Made by a program: the position numbers and the translations under genes. The notes beneath the pieces were generated by a model, which made no database searches, was not told where the DNA came from, and saw only the letters and a program-made list of their open reading frames with translations. Positions 18,438-26,368 of a stretch of 64,000 nucleotides of DNA are shown one piece after another; within the stretch, counting starts at the first letter, position 1; each line of letters begins with the position of its first letter. The stretch is from Treponema sp. GTDB lineage: Bacteria > Spirochaetota > Spirochaetia > Treponematales > Treponemataceae. The stretch covers positions 2,629-66,628 of the forward strand of contig JAFZLA010000095.1 in the NCBI GenBank assembly GCA_017551705.1. The letters run 5' to 3'.

Positions 18438-18485
18438 TAGCAAAAGCCGTCCCAAGTGGAACGGCCTTAAGCCGTCAGGCTAGAC

Positions 18486-19709
18486 TTAGAACCAAAGCTC
18501 GGCTTTGATAGGAACTGCCCAAGCGAACTTGTTGGCTTCTGTAGCGCTGATAACAGGATATCCAACAGCGTTGGCCTTGTCGCCGAATCCAACTCCGCCC
18601 TGGAAACCAATTCCCAAAGAAGCGTTAGATCCAACAGATCCTGTGATTCCAGCCAAGAAGCTCAAAGAAGGATCAGCCTTGTTGTTGGGCATAAGCATGC
18701 GAACGTCGGCAACCAAGCCGAATGTGTCGTTCAAAGCGTAGTCAACGCCAACGCCAAACTGCATCATAGGATCGTCAGCAACGTCCTTGTTGAACATGAA
18801 CATGGCAAAGCTGGCAGAAAGCTTGAAAGCTTCTGTGATTCCGTAAGAAGCGCCGAGAGCGGCCTTGAGCATGTAGTTCTCTTTTGTAGAAGCATAAGCG
18901 TTTGCAATTCTTTCTGAAATTGAAGCAGCTGCACCATCAGCCTTTCTGTCCTTTTGGCCGTCGTTGGCGTGTACTCCCTTCCAATAGTCAGAAGAAGCGA
19001 TGCGATAGGCAACTCCAACTGTCAAGAAGAGCTTGTCAACGGCTGTCAAGTCAAAGGCTCCTTCGATTGTACCGTACTTAGAGGCGTCTCCAGCGGCGTT
19101 GTAGTCGCCAAAGAAACCGGCTTTGATTGTACCGATTCCGTCGATTGTGTAAGCGGCGGCGATGCTTGATTTTCCCAAGCCCTCGTCTCCGCGCTGCAAT
19201 GTGTTGGCAAGCTGTGAGTTGATTACAATCTTCAAAGCTTCTGTCGGAGCAATCAAAACGCCGATACCCTGAGCTCCATGGGCGCTACCGGGGTTGAATG
19301 TCAATCCTTCGTCGTCAGCAATCCATGTGTTGGGGCGGAGCCAATTCCAAGAACCATAGCAGAAGTCTCCGCGGAGACCGGCAAAGTTCCAAAGTGAACC
19401 AATCTGGACTGTAACCATGTCAATCGGCTTGAGCCAGATTCCGACGTCGTCGTGAGTTCCAACTCCGCCGGCATCGGCATTGAGTCTCATGTTGAGACCG
19501 GCCTTTCCGTCGTCAGAAGCCCAAGATGAGTCAAAACGAGCCCAGAAAGGTCCGCCCCAAGAAGCAGACAAGGCGCCTGTCTTAATGTCCTCGCCATTTG
19601 AACCAACGAATGTCGGCAATGTGCGGACCCAGCCACCAAAAGAAACCTCAGCGAAAGCTGAAGTAGCTACCATAGCAGCAAGAGCCAAAGCTCCAATCAA
19701 TTTTTTCAT
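18486..19709 (-). CDS. Putative outer-membrane beta-barrel protein, family C, copy 1b
   Basis: The start is taken at MKKLIGALALAAMVATSAFAE (ATG 19709, GGGAGG upstream). The protein ends ...AVPIKAELWF. The signal-peptide coding DNA is almost identical to the copies at 29027 and 35939. Confidence 0.72.
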   Translation of the reverse strand: MKKLIGALALAAMVATSAFAEVSFGGWVRTLPTFVGSNGEDIKTGALSASWGGPFWARFDSSWASDDGKAGLNMRLNADAGGVGTHDDVGIWLKPIDMVTVQIGSLWNFAGLRGDFCYGSWNWLRPNTWIADDEGLTFNPGSAHGAQGIGVLIAPTEALKIVINSQLANTLQRGDEGLGKSSIAAAYTIDGIGTIKAGFFGDYNAAGDASKYGTIEGAFDLTAVDKLFLTVGVAYRIASSDYWKGVHANDGQKDRKADGAAASISERIANAYASTKENYMLKAALGASYGITEAFKLSASFAMFMFNKDVADDPMMQFGVGVDYALNDTFGLVADVRMLMPNNKADPSLSFLAGITGSVGSNASLGIGFQGGVGFGDKANAVGYPVISATEANKFAWAVPIKAELWF

Positions 19710-20031
19710 AATGAAAAAACCTCCCTTTTTTTTAGAGAGTTGATTTTTAAAAACTGCCAATTTTCGCTGTTTTTGGAGCAAATATAACAAGTTGTTTAAA
19801 ACTTTCGCGCAAGATTTTTGAAAATTCGTAAAAAAAATAACAAAACTTGTGTATAGTGTAAGGCAGCGGCATTTTTGAGCTTATGTAATGTCTATTTTCC
19901 AAAAAAAAAGATTGAATTTTTCAAAAAAAGACCAATTTTTCGATAAAAATGTGTATCTTATATATGAAAAAATGGGACGCCACGGCGTGGCAGGCCGCCT
20001 CCTAATCTTAGTATTGGGAGGCACGCAGAAC

Positions 20032-20121
20032 ATGACGAGCTACGAAATTGCGATGCTAGTAATCGCGGTTCTTTCTTTGATTGTAAATGCGATAGCCCTC
20101 TTCACCAAAAGTAAAGAGTAA
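20032..20121 (+). CDS. 29-aa hydrophobic peptide, Hol-Tox/type I toxin-like
   Basis: MTSYEIAMLVIAVLSLIVNAIALFTKSKE is a single TM helix with a basic C-terminus. The SD GGGAGG lies at 20016-20021, 10 nt upstream, and can pair with GCCTCC at 19997-20002. Confidence 0.5.
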   Translation: MTSYEIAMLVIAVLSLIVNAIALFTKSKE

Positions 20122-20130
20122 GCGAAAGAA

Positions 20131-20167
20131 AAAGCCTGCCCTAGTTGACTGACTCCGGCAGGCTTTT
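20131..20167. terminator. Bidirectional terminator hairpin downstream of the small ORF
   Basis: AAAGCCTGCC, a 16-nt loop, then GGCAGGCTTT. T runs are present on both strands (TTTT on plus, TTTTTCTTT on minus). Confidence 0.55.
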
Positions 20168-20212
20168 AAGTAAGCAAAAAAGGAGGCGGCCGCCGTTGTG
20201 ACGTCCCTCTTT
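20131..20212 (-). ncRNA. Candidate convergent small RNA (putative type I antitoxin)
   Basis: The minus strand has TTGACA (20246-20241), a 17-nt spacer and TAAGTT (20223-20218). The predicted ~80-nt transcript would end in the shared terminator and so overlap the 3' end of the toxin transcript. It also carries GCCGCCUCC (anti-SD). Confidence 0.3.
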
Positions 20213-20341
20213 CTTTAAACTTACCATTGCTTCTAGTTTTTGTCAAGGAATTCTTTCAAAAATTCCTAATTTCGCCTTGTCTGCTGCGGTTGCGCATAAC
20301 GCTTTTTTTCACTATAATTATTTCCACTTTTGGAGAAAATT

Positions 20342-22396
20342 ATGTCATTGGAAAAAATGCGCAACATCGGAATCATGGCCCACATCGACGCGGGAAAGAC
20401 CACGACAACCGAACGAATTCTTTACTACACAAAAAAAATTCACAAGATTGGCGAGATAGACGACGGCCAGGCAACGATGGACTGGATGGCGCAGGAACAG
20501 GAGCGCGGAATTACGATTTGTTCCGCCGCCACTACAACATATTGGAAGAACTATCAAATCAACATAATCGACACGCCCGGCCACGTTGACTTTACGGCCG
20601 AAGTCGAGCGCTCCTTGCGCGTGCTTGACGGCGCCGTTTGCGTTTTGTGCGCGGTTGACGGAGTGCAGCCCCAGACCGAAACCGTTTGGAAGCAGGCCGA
20701 CGAGTTCAGCGTTCCGCGCATTTGCTACATGAACAAGATGGACAGAATCGGAGCCGACTTTTTTGGCTCGATGGAAGACGTCCACAACAAGTTTGGAGCC
20801 AACTGCGTGGCGCTGCAAATCCCAATCGGGCAGGGCGCCGAATTTGAAGGCGTGATTGACTTGCTCCGCATGAGGGAAATCCGCTGGGACGCCGAAAGCG
20901 AGGGCGAAAAATTTACCGAAACTGAAATCGACCCAAGCCGCTTGGACCAAGCCAAAGAATGGCGCGAAAAATTGGTCGACGCGGTTGCTTCTAGCGACGA
21001 CGCTTTGGCCGAACTTTATTTGGAAGGAAAAGAAATTTCTGTCGACCAGCTCAAGGCCGCGCTCCGCAAGGGAACGATAAGCCGCGCCTTTGTTCCATTT
21101 GTAATGGGAAGCTCGCGCCACAACCAGGGCGTCCAGCCGCTCATCGACGCTGTGGTTGACTACCTTCCGGCGCCCGACGAGGTCGCTCCGGCCAAGGGCG
21201 TTCACGTAAAGCGCGACAAGGAAGAGGCCGTCGAAGTTCCCTGCAAGGAAAACGGTCAGGCGCTTGGCCTTGTGTTCAAAATCCAGTACGACCGCGAGAT
21301 GGGCCCCCTTTGCTACGTCCGCATGTATTCAGGAAAAATCGCGGCTGGAACGCAAGTCTTTAACGTAGGAAAGAAAAAGCGCGAGCGCGTCAACCGCATT
21401 TTGCGCATGCACGCCGACAAGTCCGAGCCGATGGACAGCGTAAGCGCCGGCGACATCGCGGTCTTTATCGGACTAAAATTGGCGCAGACCGGCGACTCCC
21501 TCGGAAGCGAAGGCTATCCGGTTTTGCTGGAATCCGTCCACTTCCCCGAGCCTGTAATCAGCGTGGCCATCGAGCCCGACTCAATCAGCGAGCGCGACAA
21601 GCTCAACGAAACTTTGGAAATACTTTCGCGCGAAGACCCCACCTTTACCCACAAAGAGGACGCGGAGACCGGCCAGCTTATCATAAGCGGAATGGGCGAG
21701 CTGCACCTTGACGTTTTGGTCACCCGCATGAAGGACGACTTTGGAGTGAAGGCGCGCGTTGGCTCTCCGCAGGTAACTTACCGCGAGGCCGTCACCGCCC
21801 AATCTTCGGCCACGGAGAACTACAGCCGCGTCCTTGGCGGAAAGGAAAACACGGCCGGCATAACAGTCACTGTTAGCCCCCGCGAGCAAGGCCAGGGCAA
21901 CAGCTACGAATGCCTTGTCCGCGACTCTTCCATCCCCGAAGAAATTTACGAGGCCGTCAAAAACGGCTTCCAAAGCGCCCTGTCCGCCGGAATCAATTAC
22001 GGCTACCCCTGCGCCGACACCGCCGTGCAAGTCACCGCGCTGGACTACAACGAGCTTACCTCCACGCCATTTGCCTTTGAGGCTTGCGCTGTGGCCGCCT
22101 TTGACAAGGCTTGCAAGGGCGCCGCGCCCGAACTTTTGGAGCCTGTCATGGACGTCGAGATTTCTTGTCCCAAGGAATTTGTGGGCGAGGCGATGAGCCA
22201 AGTGACCCAGCGCGGCGGAATGATTTTGGGCCAAGATTCCAAGGCCAGCGGAGAGTTGATTCACTGCGAGGCGCCTATGGCCAAAATGTTCGGCTTTAGC
22301 ACCAATTTGCGCAGCGTAACCCAGGGCCGCGCCAGCTTCCAAATGGAATTCAGCCACTTCCAAGTCAAAGTCGGCGGACTGGGCAGCTCGTACTAA
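20342..22396 (+). CDS. fusA: Elongation factor G (stand-alone paralog, not in an str operon)
   Basis: NIGIMAHIDAGKTTTTERIL, DTPGHVDF and NKMD are the G1-G4 motifs. The start is at MSLEKMRN (ATG 20342), preceded by GGAGAAAA. Confidence 0.92.
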   Translation: MSLEKMRNIGIMAHIDAGKTTTTERILYYTKKIHKIGEIDDGQATMDWMAQEQERGITICSAATTTYWKNYQINIIDTPGHVDFTAEVERSLRVLDGAVCVLCAVDGVQPQTETVWKQADEFSVPRICYMNKMDRIGADFFGSMEDVHNKFGANCVALQIPIGQGAEFEGVIDLLRMREIRWDAESEGEKFTETEIDPSRLDQAKEWREKLVDAVASSDDALAELYLEGKEISVDQLKAALRKGTISRAFVPFVMGSSRHNQGVQPLIDAVVDYLPAPDEVAPAKGVHVKRDKEEAVEVPCKENGQALGLVFKIQYDREMGPLCYVRMYSGKIAAGTQVFNVGKKKRERVNRILRMHADKSEPMDSVSAGDIAVFIGLKLAQTGDSLGSEGYPVLLESVHFPEPVISVAIEPDSISERDKLNETLEILSREDPTFTHKEDAETGQLIISGMGELHLDVLVTRMKDDFGVKARVGSPQVTYREAVTAQSSATENYSRVLGGKENTAGITVTVSPREQGQGNSYECLVRDSSIPEEIYEAVKNGFQSALSAGINYGYPCADTAVQVTALDYNELTSTPFAFEACAVAAFDKACKGAAPELLEPVMDVEISCPKEFVGEAMSQVTQRGGMILGQDSKASGELIHCEAPMAKMFGFSTNLRSVTQGRASFQMEFSHFQVKVGGLGSSY

Positions 22397-22472
22397 TGAA
22401 AGAAAAACGAAAATAGTTGGTTCGAGCTGTTTCGCCGCGTCCTTTTGGACGCTGCCTTGGTTGCCCTGCTCC

Positions 22473-22502
22473 TTGACGCGGGGCTTTTTTTTGCGCTATA
22501 AT
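22473..22502 (+). promoter_or_regulatory. Promoter of ndk, with -10 only 9 nt from the ATG
   Basis: TTGACG at 22473-22478, an 18-nt spacer, then TATAAT at 22497-22502. The string CGCTATAATCTAAGGATTATG is almost identical to the one before uvrA. Confidence 0.5.
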
Positions 22503-22511
22503 CTAAGGATT

Positions 22512-22955
22512 ATGACACGTTGTTTTGCAATGCTAAAGCCTGGCGTTTTGAACCGCAGGCTTGTCGGCGAGGTTATCCGCCGTCTTGAACAAAAAGGCCT
22601 CAAGTTGGTCGGCCTTAAAATGATGAACATTTCGCCCGAATTGGCGTCCAAGCACTACGCCGAGCACAAGGGAAAGGCTTTTTACGACTCTTTGGTCGGA
22701 TACATCACAAGCGGCCCTGTGGTGGCCATGTGCTGGCAGGGCGACGACTGCGTGACCTTGGTGCGAAAATTGGTGGGCTCGACAAGCCCCGCCGAGGCCC
22801 ATCCGGGAACGATTCGCGGCGATTTTTGCTGCCACACCCAGTACAACGTAATTCACGCGTCGGACAGCGACACAAGCGCCGAGCGCGAAATCAATTTGTT
22901 CTTTAAGCCGGAAGAGTTGATCGACTGGGAAGACAACGCTTCCATTTGGTTCTAA
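22512..22955 (+). CDS. ndk: Nucleoside-diphosphate kinase
   Basis: CFAMLKPGVLNRRLVGEVIRRLEQKGLKLVGLKMM... and NVIHASDS (active-site His). Confidence 0.92.
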   Translation: MTRCFAMLKPGVLNRRLVGEVIRRLEQKGLKLVGLKMMNISPELASKHYAEHKGKAFYDSLVGYITSGPVVAMCWQGDDCVTLVRKLVGSTSPAEAHPGTIRGDFCCHTQYNVIHASDSDTSAEREINLFFKPEELIDWEDNASIWF

Positions 22956-22973
22956 TTAATCAGAAGGCTTGCG

Positions 22974-24032
22974 ATGGCTGCTAAGAAGACTGTTGGAGTT
23001 ATTGGCGCGGGCGCGTGGGGAACTGGCTTTGCCCAGGCCTTGGCGCGCGGCGGACATGACGTGACCCTTTGGGCGCTCGAAGACGACGTTGTTTCTTCAA
23101 TAAACAACGAGCATGAGAACAAAAAATTTTTGCCGGGCTTTAAGCTTGAGCAAAACTTGACGGCTTCTTCCAACATAGAGCAAGTCGCCTCCAAGTGCGA
23201 ATTTTTGATTTTCGCGTCGCCCTCCCTTTACTTGGCTCCAACGCTCAAAAAAATCACAAGCCTTCCCAACATCGCCGACGGCAGCGTCAACATAGGCGTT
23301 TTAACCAAGGGCTTTGTTCCTTCCGACGACGGCCCCAAGCTTATCGTGGAGACAATGGAAAGCGTTTTGCCCGAAGTTTACAAGGGCAGCGTTTGCTACA
23401 TCTCCGGCCCCAGCCACGCTGAGGAAGTGGCCCTTGGAAAAATAACTGGCCTTGTCGCCGCCAGCGAAAATCCAAAAATTTCAATCAGGTTCCGCGAACT
23501 TATGAGAGTTCCTGGGCTTATGGCATATTCCAGCTTTGACGTCGTTGGCGTTCAAATTTGCGCGGCGGCAAAAAACATAATCGCCGTCGTTTACGGCGCC
23601 CTTGACGCGATAAGCGAAACAAGCGACATCTTTGGCGACAATGCCGAAAGCCTTTTGATGGCCGCCGGCCTCAACGAAATTCAAACGCTGGGCTTTGCAA
23701 TGGGAGCGACGCACGCGGAGACCTTCACCTCCATTGCGGGAGTCGGCGACCTTGACGTAACTTGCAAAAGCAAGTACGGCCGCAACCGCCGCTTTGGCCA
23801 AGAAATGATAAAGACCGATTTGCTTTCAAAATTCAAAGACCTTGACGACCTTATCGCCAATGTCGGCAAAATCGGCTACCTTCCCGAAGGCGCCATCGCC
23901 TGCAAATACGTTCACCAAATCGCTCAAAGCAAAAACATAAAGCTCTTGATTTGCGACGGCCTTTACCGCATCCTTAACCGCGAGATTGAGCCCGAAGACT
24001 TTATGCTTGAACTGTTGATGGGAAAGAAATAA
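22974..24032 (+). CDS. gpsA: NAD(P)H-dependent glycerol-3-phosphate dehydrogenase
   Basis: VGVIGAGAWGTGFA is a Rossmann motif, and NNEHENKKFLPGFKL plus overall GpsA-like sequence support the call. Confidence 0.9.
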   Translation: MAAKKTVGVIGAGAWGTGFAQALARGGHDVTLWALEDDVVSSINNEHENKKFLPGFKLEQNLTASSNIEQVASKCEFLIFASPSLYLAPTLKKITSLPNIADGSVNIGVLTKGFVPSDDGPKLIVETMESVLPEVYKGSVCYISGPSHAEEVALGKITGLVAASENPKISIRFRELMRVPGLMAYSSFDVVGVQICAAAKNIIAVVYGALDAISETSDIFGDNAESLLMAAGLNEIQTLGFAMGATHAETFTSIAGVGDLDVTCKSKYGRNRRFGQEMIKTDLLSKFKDLDDLIANVGKIGYLPEGAIACKYVHQIAQSKNIKLLICDGLYRILNREIEPEDFMLELLMGKK

Positions 24033-24071
24033 TTTTTCGCCGCGCGGCAATTTTTGTAAACCGAGGTCTCC

Positions 24072-25511
24072 ATGTTAGAAAAACTTACAAACGCCTTTAC
24101 CGACGTTTTTAGAACGATTAGCGGAAAGTCTTCGATCACCGAAAAGAACATCGAGGACGCCGTAGAGCAAATCAAAATGGCCTTGCTGGAGGCCGACGTA
24201 AACCTTCGCGTCGTGCGCCGCTTTGTCAACGGAGCCATCGAAGAAGCCAAGGGCGAAAAAGTCCTGCGCGCCGTGGATCCCGGCCAACAGTTTGTAAAAA
24301 TAATCTACGACAGAATCGTCGCCATGCTCGGCGACACTAAGCAAGACCTTAAGCTTAAGGGCCCCGACACCCAGAGCGTAATCCTAATGCTCGGCTTGCA
24401 GGGCGCGGGAAAGACAACCGCAAGCCACAAACTTGCCGCCCGCCTAAAAAAAGACGGCCGCCGCCCCCTCCTTGCCGCCTGCGACTTGATCCGTCCGGCC
24501 GCCGTCGAGCAGCTTTGCGTGCTTGGCCAAAAGATTGACGTTCCCGTTTACAAAGAGGACGGCGCCAAGGACGCCGTAAAGGTTGCCAAAGACGCCATTG
24601 AATACGCAAAGAAGAACGGACTTGACACGATAATTTTGGACACCGCCGGCCGCCTTCAAATCGACCAGGCGATGATGGACGAACTTGTCCAAATCAAAAA
24701 GGCGGCGGATCCTGTAGAGACGATTTTGGTCGCCGACGCGATGACCGGCCAAAACGCCGTTGACATCGCCAAGAGCTTTGACGAGCAGCTTGGTCTTAGC
24801 GGAGTCGTCCTTACCAAGTTTGATTCAGACGCGCGAGGCGGAGCCGCCCTTTCGCTAAAGTCAATAACGCAAAAGCCCATTCTCTTTATAGGAACCGGCG
24901 AAAAGACCGAAGACTTTGAAGTCTTCCACCCTGAGCGAATCGCAAGCCGCATTCTTGGAATGGGCGACGTGGTCAGCCTTGTCGAAAAGGCGCAAGAAAA
25001 GGTGGACATGGAGCAAGCAGCCGCCATGCAAAAAAAGATGGCGCGCAACGAGTTCACCCTTGACGACATGCTTGCCCAGTTCCAGCAAGTAAAAAAGATG
25101 GGCAACATGCAGTCGCTTTTGGAAATGATTCCTGGAGCGGCGGCGGCGATGCAAGGACGCGACCTTGACACAAGCGGAATGAAAAAGCAAGAAGCCATCA
25201 TTCAGTCGATGACAAAAAAAGAGCGAGCCAACCACTTGATAATCGGCCCCAGCCGCCGCAAGCGCATCGCCAAAGGCTCGGGCACAAGCGTGGCCGAAGT
25301 CAACAAGCTAATAAAGCAGTTTGAAAAAACAAAATTGACGATGAAAAAAGTAAGCCGCAACAAGGGCTTGCAAGCCCAAATCATGGGCCAAATGATGGGC
25401 GGCGGCGGCATGTCCGGCATGGGCGGAATGCCAGGCGCCGGCGGACTTGGAGGCATGGACCTCAACGCCCTTGCCAAAAAGTTTGGCGGCATGGGTGGAC
25501 TTAAGTTCTAG
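24072..25511 (+). CDS. ffh: Signal recognition particle protein Ffh
   Basis: GLQGAGKTTASHKLA, DTAGRL and TKFD are present, with a Met/Gly-rich M-domain tail. Confidence 0.95.
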   Translation: MLEKLTNAFTDVFRTISGKSSITEKNIEDAVEQIKMALLEADVNLRVVRRFVNGAIEEAKGEKVLRAVDPGQQFVKIIYDRIVAMLGDTKQDLKLKGPDTQSVILMLGLQGAGKTTASHKLAARLKKDGRRPLLAACDLIRPAAVEQLCVLGQKIDVPVYKEDGAKDAVKVAKDAIEYAKKNGLDTIILDTAGRLQIDQAMMDELVQIKKAADPVETILVADAMTGQNAVDIAKSFDEQLGLSGVVLTKFDSDARGGAALSLKSITQKPILFIGTGEKTEDFEVFHPERIASRILGMGDVVSLVEKAQEKVDMEQAAAMQKKMARNEFTLDDMLAQFQQVKKMGNMQSLLEMIPGAAAAMQGRDLDTSGMKKQEAIIQSMTKKERANHLIIGPSRRKRIAKGSGTSVAEVNKLIKQFEKTKLTMKKVSRNKGLQAQIMGQMMGGGGMSGMGGMPGAGGLGGMDLNALAKKFGGMGGLKF

Positions 25512-25515
25512 TAAC

Positions 25516-25545
25516 AAAAAAGGCGGCCCGCAAGCCGCCCTTTTT
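25516..25545. terminator. Bidirectional terminator between ffh and the convergent 242-aa gene
   Basis: AAAAAA-GGCGGC-CCGCAA-GCCGCC-CTTTTT. Confidence 0.65.
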
Positions 25546-25577
25546 GTTTGCCGCCTCTATCGCTTGAGGCCTTTCTT

Positions 25578-26306
25578 TCAATTCACAATCAATTTCGAAA
25601 CCGGGCGGCCGTCCTCTGTCCAGGCGCGGTCGTGGTTTGTGACGTCGGGGAAGCGCTCGGCTCCGATGTAATAAACGTAATAGTAAGTTCCTGTCGGAAG
25701 CGGAAGGTCCAGCTCGTAAAGGCCGGCCGCCGTTTCCTTAAGCTCGTAAATCCAGCTGTCCCATTTGGTGAAAGTTCCTGCAAGGCGAACTTTTTGTCCG
25801 CTCTTTCCGCGGTAGACAAAATGCGTCGCGCTTGAGTTTTGCGTGGCCACGGTTCTTGTCGCGGCGGCCTCATGCTTTTTTACGTAAACTTCCGAAAGAT
25901 GGATGCCGGTCTGCGTGTCGTAGTATTTTTGCGGGTTAAGGCTGTCTGTTGTCCACAGGCCGTCGATTATCATGCGGTAGTAAATTTTGTTTGTTTGCGG
26001 AACGTCTTCCAAAATGTAAAAATACCAAGTCTTAATAAGCTCGCCGTTTTCGTCGTAGGCGCTCTTTCGCATAAAGGGATGGATGATTTGGTAGTTCTCA
26101 AAGTCAAACGCGATTCCTACATAGCGCGGCCCAAGCTCGGCGCTAAAGACGATGCAGCCGTCCTTTTCAAAGGGAGCGGAAGGTCCCTGCAATTTTTGGG
26201 CGATCTCGCGGTATTCAAAAGAGTAGGGCGATTCGACAGTCTTTTCGGCGGCCGCGGTCCCTGCCAAAAAAGCCAGCGCGGCCAAAATCAAAAGCGACTT
26301 TTTCAT
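25578..26306 (-). CDS. Secreted protein with an AMPK-beta/CBM48-like glycogen-binding domain
   Basis: Signal peptide MKKSLLILAALAFLAGTAAA. The C-terminus is FVYRGKSGQKVRLAGTFTKWDSW..ELDLPLPTGTYYYVYYI. Confidence 0.5.
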   Translation of the reverse strand: MKKSLLILAALAFLAGTAAAEKTVESPYSFEYREIAQKLQGPSAPFEKDGCIVFSAELGPRYVGIAFDFENYQIIHPFMRKSAYDENGELIKTWYFYILEDVPQTNKIYYRMIIDGLWTTDSLNPQKYYDTQTGIHLSEVYVKKHEAAATRTVATQNSSATHFVYRGKSGQKVRLAGTFTKWDSWIYELKETAAGLYELDLPLPTGTYYYVYYIGAERFPDVTNHDRAWTEDGRPVSKLIVN

Positions 26307-26368
26307 ATTTATATTGTCGGAATTTGCGCCGCGCCCCTTTAGGGTCTTGCGTTCGTTTAATCTCGCCG

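Noticed and set aside
19888-20121. 77-aa version of the small ORF starting at 19888
   Set aside because: The upstream part is low-complexity AT-rich sequence without an SD. The internal ATG at 20032 has a GGGAGG SD at ideal spacing and yields a typical 29-aa membrane peptide.
20345-22363. 286-aa and 260-aa minus-strand ORFs opposite fusA
   Set aside because: They are antisense shadows of a highly conserved gene, and no independent signals support them.
22461-22511. Long N-terminal extensions of ndk (from 22461) and uvrA (from 36111) as given in the ORF track
   Set aside because: The extensions run through consensus -10 boxes and begin at non-ATG codons. The conserved protein N-termini start at ATG 22512 and ATG 36153.
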